Source: Candidatus Sericytochromatia bacterium (lineage in GTDB: Bacteria; Cyanobacteriota; Sericytochromatia; S15B-MN24; JAQBPE01). Taken from it: 55,452 nt of DNA. The notes under the pieces are model-generated. The model saw only the letters and a program-made list of their open reading frames with translations. It was not told the origin of the DNA and made no database searches. Below, piece by piece: positions 21,334 through 31,028 of this stretch. Numbering within the stretch: the stretch's first letter is position 1; every line of letters starts with the position of its first letter. The position numbers and the translations under genes are program-made. The DNA lies in assembly GCA_040400605.1 (NCBI GenBank), contig JBBAPZ010000001.1:1-55452 (forward strand). Reading direction: 5' to 3'.

Positions 21334-22170
21334 ATGGCAAAATTGGCAGTACGATTCAGACCGGGTGACATTCGCCTGCTGGAAGACGCGCCTGAGGGCA
21401 TCATGCCGCGGGAGAAAGTGATTTTTGAAATTGATGGTGGTCTGGACTGTCGTCCCGCAACGCTGATGCCGACGGCAGTGGTTGCGGTTCACAAGGATCT
21501 TCAGGTGGCTCGTTTTATCAGGCGCGCAACGGAATCGGACCTTGAGCAGTTGGCAGCCAAGTCACGGGAGGAAACCCGTGCTTTTGAAGAATGCGGGCAG
21601 CAGGTTCGGAAACACGGGTTGCCCATGCGCTTGGTCGATGCCATTTATAGTTTGGATTTCAGCCGGTTGACGGTATTGTACACGGCAGATACCCGGGTGG
21701 ATTTTCGCGAGTTATTGCGTGATTTGACGCAGGTATTCAGACGGACGCGGATCCTGTTACGTCAAATCGGAGCCAGAGACGAGTTTCGTCATTTGAGCGG
21801 TGTGGGACCTTGCGGCAAAGAACTGTGTTGCTCGACCTTTTTGCGAGAGTTTGCGCCGATCAACATCAAGCTTGCCAAAGCGCAGGATTTGCAATTGAAC
21901 CCGGGCAAGCTGTCCGGCGCATGTGGGCGTTTAAAATGCTGCCTCAACTATGAAGTGGATGCCTACCGTGAAGCCAAAGGACGTCTTCCAAAGGCAGGCA
22001 CACGGGTTTTGACCGCTTCTGGAGAGGGACGCGTGATTGAGTTGCGTGCGGCAAATGAGCGGTGTCTGGTCGAATTGGATGACGGGAAACTGCTCGAAGT
22101 CTCAGTGGGGCAATTCAATGTCCTGAGCGCCTCACGTGAACCGGACCAAAGTTCGCCTTCCCCGGAATAA
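21334..22170 (+). CDS. ricT: PSP1-domain regulatory Fe-S protein (RicT/YaaT family)
   Basis: RVDFRELLRDL, RQIGARDE, GPCGKELCC, KLSGACGRLKCCL.YE. Downstream of holB as in Firmicutes. Alternative GTG start at 21325. Confidence 0.9.
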   Translation: MAKLAVRFRPGDIRLLEDAPEGIMPREKVIFEIDGGLDCRPATLMPTAVVAVHKDLQVARFIRRATESDLEQLAAKSREETRAFEECGQQVRKHGLPMRLVDAIYSLDFSRLTVLYTADTRVDFRELLRDLTQVFRRTRILLRQIGARDEFRHLSGVGPCGKELCCSTFLREFAPINIKLAKAQDLQLNPGKLSGACGRLKCCLNYEVDAYREAKGRLPKAGTRVLTASGEGRVIELRAANERCLVELDDGKLLEVSVGQFNVLSASREPDQSSPSPE

Positions 22171-22394
22171 GCGTGCTCGTAGTCTTGGGCAGCACCACCG
22201 CACGGCGTGTGCAGGTCAATTCCGGGTACCCCCCACAAGGATAATATAAGCCAACGATGAAACTTGGGCCTTTTGGGCGGATTGGGCGGGCAACTTGCCA
22301 ACCAGGCCGGGCGGCCACGTTTGACGTGTTTTGGGCACTTCAGGGTCGGTGGGTTATAATGAGTGCATCAGCCATCGCAAGGAGAAACCCAGGT

Positions 22395-23687
22395 ATGTTC
22401 GGAGGCGCTCGAAGTAAACGTTTTGTTGTCGGGAGCCTATGTGCAATGGGCTTGCTTGGTGCGTCGTGCGCACCCGAAACCAGGCTTGAGGGGCGCAACG
22501 GACGCAGTGTCGAGTTCTGGACCATGCAGTTGCGCCCCAGTTTCGATGACTACATTGGAGGCGTTTTACGGGAATGGGAGCGTCAGCATCCCGGCGTGAC
22601 GGTGCGGTGGGTCGACTTACCTGCCAGTGAAATTGAAAGCAAGACGCTGACAGCCATTGCGAGTGGCCAATCACCAGACCTGGTGAACCTTAATCCAATG
22701 TTTGCAAACAAATTGGCCACGGCGGGCGCACTGAAAAAGCTGGTGATTCCCCCCGCTGACAGGCAACTGTATTACGAGGCTGCCTGGCAAGCCAATACGG
22801 TGCGTGGTGCGGTAGTTGGGGTGCCTTGGTATCTCTCGACAACCGTCACGTTTTATAATCGCGAACTTTGGCGTCGGTTTGACTTGCCGGATGGCAAGTG
22901 GCCGACCAATTATGCCGAGTTGGCGCAAGTGGCGACACAGATTCGTGAGCGCAGTGGCAAAACGGCCTATGCGTTCATGCCCCATTTTGGCGATCGGGGC
23001 AAATTCATGGAAGAACTGGCCTTGGATGGGGTGCCGTTGCTTGGCACAGACCAATCGCGTGCGGGCTTTGACAATCAGAAAGCGCAGCGTACACTTCGGT
23101 TCTGGTCGGACTTGTTGACTTCCGGTACCCTGCCCCGCGAAGGCTTGACGCAAGGGCACCGCGAGGCGATCGACCGTTTCCAGGGCTCTCAGACAGTTTT
23201 GTTTCCCGCAGGCCCACAATTCCTGAAAATGATCAAGCAAAATGCGCCGGGTTTGTATGCCAACATCGCGGTGGGGCCGCAGATTGCCGGCGAATCGGGT
23301 GACGTCGGCGTTGCCGTGATGAATGTCGTTATACCAACTGGTAGCAAGGAACCCGAACTCGCTTATGACCTGGCACGTTTTGTGACCAATGATGCCAATC
23401 AGTTGGCTTTCGCACGCCTCGTACCCATCTTGCCCTCGACCATTCGGGCTGCGCGACAGATGGCAACCGATCTGGCCAATGCCCAAACGCTGGAACAACA
23501 AGCCCATCGCATCGGTTTGGAACAACTCGAACGGGCCCGTTTGCTCGTTCAACCCCTACCGCATCAATCGGAACTGGCCAAAAGCCTTGACGATGCGCTC
23601 GCCCGGGTGGTGTTGGGCATTCAGGAACCCTCGACATCTTTAAAGCAGGCAGCAGACGAATGGCAGCAAATACTGGCACGGCCTTAA
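22395..23687 (+). CDS. Carbohydrate ABC transporter substrate-binding lipoprotein
   Basis: AGGAG SD, lipobox LLGASC, EFWTMQLRP, HPGVTVRWVDLP, PDLVNLNP, GVPWYL. Confidence 0.9.
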   Translation: MFGGARSKRFVVGSLCAMGLLGASCAPETRLEGRNGRSVEFWTMQLRPSFDDYIGGVLREWERQHPGVTVRWVDLPASEIESKTLTAIASGQSPDLVNLNPMFANKLATAGALKKLVIPPADRQLYYEAAWQANTVRGAVVGVPWYLSTTVTFYNRELWRRFDLPDGKWPTNYAELAQVATQIRERSGKTAYAFMPHFGDRGKFMEELALDGVPLLGTDQSRAGFDNQKAQRTLRFWSDLLTSGTLPREGLTQGHREAIDRFQGSQTVLFPAGPQFLKMIKQNAPGLYANIAVGPQIAGESGDVGVAVMNVVIPTGSKEPELAYDLARFVTNDANQLAFARLVPILPSTIRAARQMATDLANAQTLEQQAHRIGLEQLERARLLVQPLPHQSELAKSLDDALARVVLGIQEPSTSLKQAADEWQQILARP

Positions 23688-24595
23688 ACGGGGCCTTACA
23701 TCAACAGGTCAGGACGGGTCGCTTCACTCACGTGTTGGCACCCTATCTTTATTTGTTGCCCGCTTGGATTATCCTGGTCCTGTTTTTATTGGGCCCCTTG
23801 GGTTACGCGTTTTATCTGAGCCTGACTGCTTACAATGGCTTGACCCCTCCCAAATGGGTCGGGCTTGCCAATTACGGACACCTGTTACACGATTCGATCT
23901 TCTGGAAGTCTTTGGGTAATACGGTCATTTTCCTGCTGGGTGTCGTCCCAACCTTGGTGATCGCATCGCTTTTGTTGGCGGTTTTGGTCAATCGCACCAT
24001 TTTCGGCATTGGGTTGTTCCGTGTGGCCTTTTACATGCCAGTCGTGATTTCGATGGTCGCCGCCGGCCTGATGTGGAAATGGATCTTTGCCGAGAACGGT
24101 TTGCTCAATTATGTGCTCTCCGGTGTCTTCCCTTGGTTGGCTGACGCGCCCATACCCTGGTTATCACGACCGGAAACCGCTTTGGCTGCCGTCATGGTGG
24201 TGACGGTTTGGAAGGGGTTGGGTTACTACATGGTCATTTATCTGGCTGGATTGCAAACGATACCCAACGACCTGTACGAATCTGCCGCCTTGGATGGTGC
24301 GTCGGCGTGGCAGCAAACCTGGCGCATCACCGTGCCCATGATGTGGCCAAGCATCACGTTTGTCGCCATCGTATCGAGCATCTCCGCCCTGAAATCGTTC
24401 ACTGAAATGTACGTCATGACCAAGGGCGGACCTTTGGATGCGAGCACGACGGTCGTTTATTACCTGTATCAGCAGTCGTTTGACTACCTTAACATGGGTT
24501 ATGCCAATGCTGTTGGCATGGTGTTGTTCGTGTTGATTCTCGCGTTTTCGATCCTGAATTTGCGCGCGTTCGAAAACAGCTCGCCACAAGGATGA
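23660..24595 (+). CDS. Carbohydrate ABC transporter permease (MalF/UgpA type)
   Basis: PYLYLLP, WVGLANY, and the EAA loop YLAGLQTIPNDLYESAALDGAS. Confidence 0.93.
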   Translation: MAANTGTALNGALHQQVRTGRFTHVLAPYLYLLPAWIILVLFLLGPLGYAFYLSLTAYNGLTPPKWVGLANYGHLLHDSIFWKSLGNTVIFLLGVVPTLVIASLLLAVLVNRTIFGIGLFRVAFYMPVVISMVAAGLMWKWIFAENGLLNYVLSGVFPWLADAPIPWLSRPETALAAVMVVTVWKGLGYYMVIYLAGLQTIPNDLYESAALDGASAWQQTWRITVPMMWPSITFVAIVSSISALKSFTEMYVMTKGGPLDASTTVVYYLYQQSFDYLNMGYANAVGMVLFVLILAFSILNLRAFENSSPQG

Positions 24596-25017
24596 TGACC
24601 GCAATGGGCAGACGTTTGCGTTTTGTGATTATGGCCTCGCTCATCGGAATGCTACTGTGTTCCGCAACGGAGGCGGCGCTTGCCAGCGCACCAATGACCT
24701 CATCGCGCGGTGCCTTGCTGGCCTTGACCGCCAAGGATGTTACTGCCAACTCCGGTACGCGACGCGAACACGGTGCCAGCCGTGCCGATTCCCGCTTGGG
24801 TCAGGAGCTCTTTGCGCAACGGTGCGCCGCCTGTCACGGGCAAGATGGGCGTGGCGGCATGGGGCCGGATTTGCGATCGCTGTCATCAAGCAAGCTCCCG
24901 GCGCTGCGTGCGATCATCGAGCAAGGTCGCAAGACCAAGGGAATGCCGTCTTACAAGGGGCAATTCTCCGAGGCTGAATGGCGCGCGTTGCTGCATCACA
25001 TCACCCAATTGAAGTAA
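24592..25017 (+). CDS. Class I monoheme c-type cytochrome
   Basis: Signal peptide, GQELFAQRCAACHG (CxxCH), GPDL, and GMP with the distal Met. Confidence 0.88.
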   Translation: MMTAMGRRLRFVIMASLIGMLLCSATEAALASAPMTSSRGALLALTAKDVTANSGTRREHGASRADSRLGQELFAQRCAACHGQDGRGGMGPDLRSLSSSKLPALRAIIEQGRKTKGMPSYKGQFSEAEWRALLHHITQLK

Positions 25018-25391
25018 TCGCCCCCGTGACACCAGCTTAAGGGCTTGGGCCGACTCGGTATCTGGCAGGTCAGACAACTAACAAAGTCCTCTTGGGAAAA
25101 TGGCGGCGCGTCCATCATCCATGCCGATTTAACGTTGGATGACACGAAACCTTGTCAATCATACAAGGGCTTGGCCAAACTGAATATACGTTATAAGGCA
25201 AGGAGCCGTTGCGCTCCGCAGACTGCGTGTTGACAGCAAATCACGCCAAGCGCAGACGCATTGATTGGTGGTTGGCTGCCACGAAATATCTGCGAGTGAT
25301 TTCTTGTTGGTCAACAAGCTTCAAAAAGTGTCACAACAACACATCAGGCTGTCAGAATCTGTCGCAGGATTAACAGAGATACACGTACCCA

Positions 25392-26294
25392 TCACTCGGA
25401 CATCGCGTGACGAATATGGCGTCTCACGGACAGGGCACTGCCGATGGTGCCCCATAGCATGCCAATCGCCGCTAAACAGGCCAAGACCTGGGTGGTCTCG
25501 AAGTAGTCCAGACGCATCGGTACAAAGGGTAGCAAGGCTTGCCATTTGCCAAAGGTAAATGAGCGCCAGGCAAACAAGGCCGCAGCGGTCAGCATGGAGC
25601 CGAACAAACCAAACAACATGCCTTCGATGAGGAATGGCCAGGCAATGAATGCATTGCTCGCGCCCACTAAGTGCATAATCTCGATTTCTCGCCGGCGTGC
25701 CATGACTGCCAGGCGAATGGTGTTCATGATGACAGCCAGGCTCGCAGCCCCCAAAATGCCGCTGATCGCCAAACCCGCTGTCCGTACGAACGTCGCGAAT
25801 TCCTGGAGTTTTTTCAGTAAGTCGCCACCGTAACTGATTTCCTCGACTCCCTGGATTTGCGTGATGCGTTCTGCAACCGCCGCGGTGACATCCCCGTTGT
25901 TCGTTTGAATGCTAAATGAATTGGGCAACGGGTTTTGGTCCAACAGGTTGTCAAAGGTCATACGGGACCGCATGTCTTCTTGCATCTCACGCCAGGCTTG
26001 CTCTTTGGTGATCAGCTTGATGTCCCGAATACCAGGAACCTGACGCAGCAGTTCCTCGACGCCACGTGGGTTCGCTTCATCCGTCAGAAATACGACAATT
26101 GGTACATTGCTGCCAACTTGCCGCGCAACCAACTGCAAGTCTTGAGAGATGAGCCAGAATCCACCCAAAATGCTCAAGGATACGGCAATGGTAACGACCA
26201 CCAGCCAGCTCATCCAAGCCGAGCGCGCCATGCTGCCTAGCGCTTCTTGCGTGACAAATTCACAGACTCGAAAAAATTTTTTAATTGACTCCAA
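25392..26294 (-). CDS. ftsX: Cell division permease-like protein FtsX
   Basis: NPLPNSF, IMNTIRLAVMARRREIEIMHLVGASNAFI.WPF.IEG. The TTG start overlaps the ftsE end. Confidence 0.93.
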   Translation of the reverse strand: MESIKKFFRVCEFVTQEALGSMARSAWMSWLVVVTIAVSLSILGGFWLISQDLQLVARQVGSNVPIVVFLTDEANPRGVEELLRQVPGIRDIKLITKEQAWREMQEDMRSRMTFDNLLDQNPLPNSFSIQTNNGDVTAAVAERITQIQGVEEISYGGDLLKKLQEFATFVRTAGLAISGILGAASLAVIMNTIRLAVMARRREIEIMHLVGASNAFIAWPFLIEGMLFGLFGSMLTAAALFAWRSFTFGKWQALLPFVPMRLDYFETTQVLACLAAIGMLWGTIGSALSVRRHIRHAMSE

Positions 26295-26970
26295 CGGAGT
26301 ACACCCCCCGGGCCTGATCCTGGACCAATCGGCCGCCGTCGATGGTGAGCACCCGTCGACGCATATTATCCACCACCAACTTATTGTGCGTCGCCACCAC
26401 CACCGTGGTGCCATGGAGATTGATTTTGGTCAACAAACGCATAATTTCCCACGATGTCTCGGGATCCAGATTTCCCGTTGGCTCATCTGCAACCAGCAAA
26501 GGTGGCGTGTTGACAATCGCTCGTGCCAAACAAACGCGCTGTTGCTGACCCCCGGACAACTCCATGGGCAACGCATCCGAGAAATCCCGCAGGCCAACCA
26601 AATCCAGGCTGGAACGTACCCGGTGATGCATCTCGGACTTCGCGATTCCTAAAATCTTCAACGCAAACGAGACGTTGTCATAGACTGTGCGCTCGTTCAA
26701 CAGTTTATAATCCTGAAACACCACACCGATGCGCTGACGCAAATTTGGCAAATTCGCAGCACGCATGCGGGTGATGTCCACACCACCAATTTCAACCGTG
26801 CCGGTCGTGGGCAATTCTGCACGATACAGCAGCTTCATCAAGGTTGATTTTCCCGAACCGGACGGCCCAACCACAAAGACAAACTCACCTTGTTTGACAT
26901 CCAGATTGAGTCCCGATAACGCTCTTACCCCATTGGGGTAGACCTTGGTCACTTGTTGGATGCTGATCAC
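26281..26970 (-). CDS. ftsE: Cell division ATP-binding protein FtsE
   Basis: GPSGSGKST, IGVVFQDYKLL, LSGGQQQRV, ADEPTGNLDP. Adjacent to ftsX. Confidence 0.96.
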   Translation of the reverse strand: MISIQQVTKVYPNGVRALSGLNLDVKQGEFVFVVGPSGSGKSTLMKLLYRAELPTTGTVEIGGVDITRMRAANLPNLRQRIGVVFQDYKLLNERTVYDNVSFALKILGIAKSEMHHRVRSSLDLVGLRDFSDALPMELSGGQQQRVCLARAIVNTPPLLVADEPTGNLDPETSWEIMRLLTKINLHGTTVVVATHNKLVVDNMRRRVLTIDGGRLVQDQARGVYSVGVN

Positions 26971-27758
26971 GAAGGACCCTCCTCTCCGCGCGTCACTGAC
27001 TTGCGGCTCCCCTCACGCAACACCCGCCAAACAAAAATTGGCAAGGTCTGGCGCAGCCGGGACAAACGCCAAGGCTCTTTCAGTAAACGATAAAACCATT
27101 CAAGTTTCAACCGTTGAAAAACCGCCGGCGCACGCTCAATCCGCCCTGACAAGACATCAAAGCTGCCACCGACACCCATTCCAACCGGAATTCCAAGCGC
27201 TGATTGATACTTTGCAAGCCAGATTTCCTGACGTGGAACCCCCAATGCCACAAAGAGCACATCAGCACCGCTGGCGGCAAGTGCCTCACGCACCTGCTCC
27301 TCTTCATCCGACTTAAAAAAGCCATCCTGGACATAAACGACCTGTAAGTCACGATAACGCGTCGCCAAGGTATCCGCCGCTTGCCTCGCAACCCCCGGCG
27401 CTGCCCCCAAAAACGCCAACCGCCAACCACACTGCGCGGCACGCGCGGCCAGCGCCTCCACCAACTGAACACCGGCAACTTTTGGTGTTTTGATTCCTTG
27501 ACGACTCAGTGCCCACACAACACCTTCACCATCCGGCACCACCAGCGCCGAGCGCTCAAACACGGCCCTTAAATCGGGGCTTCTGAGCGCTTGAATGGCC
27601 ATTTCCGCATTAACGGTCACAATCTGCATCAATGGTTCGGAAGGTGCCGTCCGCCAGGCCTGAATGCGCGCATCCACAGAGGCCAATGCGTCTTCCAGTT
27701 TGACAAGGTCAACCGGCAAACCCAATACATCGACACGCGGCGGGGTTGTCACAATCAC
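26967..27758 (-). CDS. WecB/TagA/CpsF family glycosyltransferase
   Basis: IVTVNAE, PDGEGVVWA, LFVALGVPRQE, GVGGSFDVLSG, LEWFYRL..EP.R. The GTG start overlaps the csaB stop. Confidence 0.93.
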   Translation of the reverse strand: MIVTTPPRVDVLGLPVDLVKLEDALASVDARIQAWRTAPSEPLMQIVTVNAEMAIQALRSPDLRAVFERSALVVPDGEGVVWALSRQGIKTPKVAGVQLVEALAARAAQCGWRLAFLGAAPGVARQAADTLATRYRDLQVVYVQDGFFKSDEEEQVREALAASGADVLFVALGVPRQEIWLAKYQSALGIPVGMGVGGSFDVLSGRIERAPAVFQRLKLEWFYRLLKEPWRLSRLRQTLPIFVWRVLREGSRKSVTRGEEGPS

Positions 27759-28900
27759 GGCCTCGCAACCAATTCTTCGAGCAGATCCAGGTTGCGCGCC
27801 GCCTGTTTGCTCCAACACGCTGCCTCGTTCACCAAATGATGCTTTTGGGCGTCGCGTTGCGACCAAACCTCGGCCAACACTCCTGAAAACCGCTCACTGT
27901 CCTGCAATTCCTCAATCGACGCGACGGTCGGATAGCCGAGTGCATCGCAAAATGCTGATACCTTGGGATCGTAGGTCAGCCCCAGTGCCGGCGTTTGAAC
28001 CGCCGCGGCCATGATGAGGGCGTGCAGACGCATTCCGATCACCAGATCCATTCGTTTTAACAACGCCAACATCTCCGGCGGATCCAACGCAACCGAAACC
28101 GTCGACACGCGGGGACGATCGCCTTCGGGACGCGCCATCAGGCAAATCCTTAGCTCTTCCAGCAACGCTTCATCATCCGGTCGATGAAATGGTATCAAAA
28201 CAATCGTTGCCTGCCACTGGTGCGCATATTGGGCCAGCACTGCTGAAAATGACTTCAATTGCCGTTCGGTCCAACTCACCCACGGCCGCAACGAAACACC
28301 GATCACAGGATGGGCCGGGTTAACATCGAGGTCATGCCACAGTGCTATCACTCGCTCGCTATCAACCGGTTTCATCGCCAACACAGGGTCTGCCGTCACT
28401 TCCAACCGGTTGGCCGCCAACCCGCAATCACCCAGAAGGACTGCAGACGCCTCATCTCGAACGGTTACCGCATCCAAACCATTCACAACCCAGCCCACGA
28501 TGCGCCGATTGAACCCGCGTTTGAGCGGTCCCACCCCCTGACCCAACATCATGGCCTTGACACCGCGCAAACGGGCCAAAGCCATCACGCCCAGGTAATA
28601 GGGCACGCTGCCGAGGCCTGTCACATCTTGCAAGAGACTGCCGCCACCACTGATCAATACGGTGGCATCGGACAATTCACGCCAAATCACCGGCAAGGCC
28701 AAGCGACCGATCGCACGCACACCCAAACGCTCCGCCGTCTGTTGCGGTGTTTGCGACAACACGACCAACTCAGCATCAGGCAGGCGCGCCCGAATGCCCT
28801 GGACGAGCGCCACCAGTATGGCCTCATCACCAAGGTTATGAAAACCGTAGTAACCCGACAAAAGGATTTTCGGCTGTAATCGCCTTGACGCGTCTGACAC
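27755..28900 (-). CDS. csaB: Polysaccharide pyruvyl transferase CsaB
   Basis: LLSGYYGFHNLGDEAIL, SGGGSLLQDVTG, QGVGPL, TVRD, GMRLHALI, YDPKV. Confidence 0.93.
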   Translation of the reverse strand: MSDASRRLQPKILLSGYYGFHNLGDEAILVALVQGIRARLPDAELVVLSQTPQQTAERLGVRAIGRLALPVIWRELSDATVLISGGGSLLQDVTGLGSVPYYLGVMALARLRGVKAMMLGQGVGPLKRGFNRRIVGWVVNGLDAVTVRDEASAVLLGDCGLAANRLEVTADPVLAMKPVDSERVIALWHDLDVNPAHPVIGVSLRPWVSWTERQLKSFSAVLAQYAHQWQATIVLIPFHRPDDEALLEELRICLMARPEGDRPRVSTVSVALDPPEMLALLKRMDLVIGMRLHALIMAAAVQTPALGLTYDPKVSAFCDALGYPTVASIEELQDSERFSGVLAEVWSQRDAQKHHLVNEAACWSKQAARNLDLLEELVARP

Positions 28901-28902
28901 GT

Positions 28903-29364
28903 TCAATCCCGGCTCTGCGCCTCGATCGCCCAAGCGACCTTTTCAGCCGTGCAAAATCCAAAGCTGATCAGTATCGAACCCAAAAGCTCTCCCGAACTGT
29001 CTTGCTCCGTCAACGCAATATCCAGTTGTTCTTGCGTCACACAACGGGTCCTGACCAGAATTTGCCCCAGACGCAATTCAGAGAGCTGCAGCCGTAACAC
29101 ATCCTGGATGTCATCCAGACTGACGAACCCGAATTCTACCGCCAATTCACCAAGCAGCTCACTTGGGCGCGCCTCCTGCGCTTCAAGCATCTGCTGCAGT
29201 TGCTCCAGGTTGATGAGGCGATAACGAATCAGAAGCTGCCCGATGCGGGTATCCTCAATCAACTCCTCCGAAAGGGGATACCCTGCCGCAAGACTTGGTG
29301 CGTCGAGTGATTCATCCCATTCATCAGGACCATCTGGCGATGCTTGGTGTGGCATGTCTGTCAC
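28903..29364 (-). CDS. Stand-alone protein with tandem MshEN-type (GspE/PilB N-terminal, c-di-GMP-binding) motifs
   Basis: Four 24-aa repeats: RIGQLLI...LEAQ, LLGELAV..G...LRLQ, RLGQILV...LTEQ, LLGSILI..G...IEAQ. Confidence 0.75.
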   Translation of the reverse strand: MTDMPHQASPDGPDEWDESLDAPSLAAGYPLSEELIEDTRIGQLLIRYRLINLEQLQQMLEAQEARPSELLGELAVEFGFVSLDDIQDVLRLQLSELRLGQILVRTRCVTQEQLDIALTEQDSSGELLGSILISFGFCTAEKVAWAIEAQSRD

Positions 29365-29645
29365 AAAAACTGGTCTCCAACTGTGCCAAAAACAAACGGC
29401 TCAATACTCAAGATACACGCAGTTGCCAAGCGTAAATCCGCCATCGAATCGAGGCGATCGCCATTCCTGTGTACGCAGACTGCGTGATCTCTTCGACACG
29501 AACGGTCAGGAATTTTAGCACATCCCGCGAGGTTACGCGCGAACGACTACCCGTTACAGCGCAGTGATTGCCGGGCAATTGCGCGAGCGGCGCGCGAGCG
29601 GTATAAATTAGTAGGTGTAAAGGTTTGGAGGGTGCGGAGGTGGGT

Positions 29646-31025
29646 GTGACAACCAATCTTGGGAGGAGCCCGGCGGCGCCGCGGCTGGCAAGCTTGCTCT
29701 GTGCCGCCTTGTTGGTGATGCTTCCCCCCAAGGCGGCTTTGGCTGTCAGACATTCGGTGTCATTCACGGTTGAAACGCACACATTGGAAAACGGTTTGCG
29801 GTTGGTTCTGCGTCCCGACACCAAGGCGCCGATTGTCTCGTTTCAGGTCTGGTACGGTGTTGGCTCCCGTGATGAACAATTTGGTATGACGGGCGTTTCC
29901 CATTTTTTGGAGCATTTGATGTTCCAAGGGGCTGCACGACATGGCGTTGGTGAGTTTGACCGCCGTCTCGTCAAGGTGGGTGCTCGCAACAATGCGTTCA
30001 CGACCAAAGACAACACGGTTTATTATGAGGTTTTGCCGCGCGAGCATATTGAGTTGGCGTTTGATCTGGAGTCTGATCGCATGACAGGCGCTGCGATTCC
30101 ACCTGAAAAGTTCGACAGCGAAAAGCAGGTGGTCCGTGAGGAGTTGCGTTGGCGCTCGGAAAACAACCCGGTGGGTGCTTGTTGGGAGCTTCTGACGGGC
30201 GTGAGTTACCTGACGCACCCTTACCACTGGCCAGTCGGCGGTTACCCGCACGATCTTGAGGCCATTTCACGTGATGACGTCGTGGCTTATTACAAACGGC
30301 ATTATCAGCCCGGGAACGCCACGGTGGTGATTACCGGTGATTTTGAGCCCGCGCGCGCTTTTCAGTTGGCCAGACAGTATTTCGGCGCGCTGCCAGGAAA
30401 ACCTGTTACCGGCCGTGCTGTCGCAACCATCGCGGAATCCAGGGGTGAAAGGCGTGCGCGATTGCATCGGCCGGTCTCCCAGGCAGCCCTGCTGTTTGGT
30501 TATCGTGTGCCCGAGGCCGGGCATCCTGATTTGATTGCACTTGATCTGCTGCGCTTGATTGTGGCGGATGGTGAGTCCAGTCGTTTTTATCGGGCGTTGG
30601 TACGTGAGCAACGATTGGCGCAAACAATCCAGATGGGTATTGACGAAGGCCGTGATGGTTCGTTGCTTTACGTTTACGCGCAGCCATTACCCGGGGTTTC
30701 GCTTGACACGCTCGAACAGGCGATTGATGCGCAGATTCAACAGACCAAAGCCCAATTGGCGTCGGCGGCTGAATTGAAAAAGGCTGTCAACGTTGCTCGC
30801 ACACGCTTTGTCATGACGCAGGAGTCGGCTGAGGGTATGGGCAACCTGTTGGGTCAGGCGATTCATACTGGTGGCTTGGATTCGCTGAACGATTACCTCC
30901 CCCGCCTGTCAGCGTTGACACCAGGTGATCCATCCCGGGTAGCCAAGGGTTACCTCAACGCAGACAATCGTACGGTTGTTCAGTTGTTGCCAGAGACGCC
31001 CGTTCGTTCCAAGGATAAGCGGTAA
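29646..31025 (+). CDS. M16 (pitrilysin) family zinc peptidase, catalytic subunit
   Basis: TLENGL, VGSRDE, GVSHFLEHLMFQG (HxxEH), NAFTTKD, LESDRM, HPY.WP. Alternative TTG start at 29625. Confidence 0.93.
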   Translation: MTTNLGRSPAAPRLASLLCAALLVMLPPKAALAVRHSVSFTVETHTLENGLRLVLRPDTKAPIVSFQVWYGVGSRDEQFGMTGVSHFLEHLMFQGAARHGVGEFDRRLVKVGARNNAFTTKDNTVYYEVLPREHIELAFDLESDRMTGAAIPPEKFDSEKQVVREELRWRSENNPVGACWELLTGVSYLTHPYHWPVGGYPHDLEAISRDDVVAYYKRHYQPGNATVVITGDFEPARAFQLARQYFGALPGKPVTGRAVATIAESRGERRARLHRPVSQAALLFGYRVPEAGHPDLIALDLLRLIVADGESSRFYRALVREQRLAQTIQMGIDEGRDGSLLYVYAQPLPGVSLDTLEQAIDAQIQQTKAQLASAAELKKAVNVARTRFVMTQESAEGMGNLLGQAIHTGGLDSLNDYLPRLSALTPGDPSRVAKGYLNADNRTVVQLLPETPVRSKDKR

Positions 31026-31028
31026 ATT

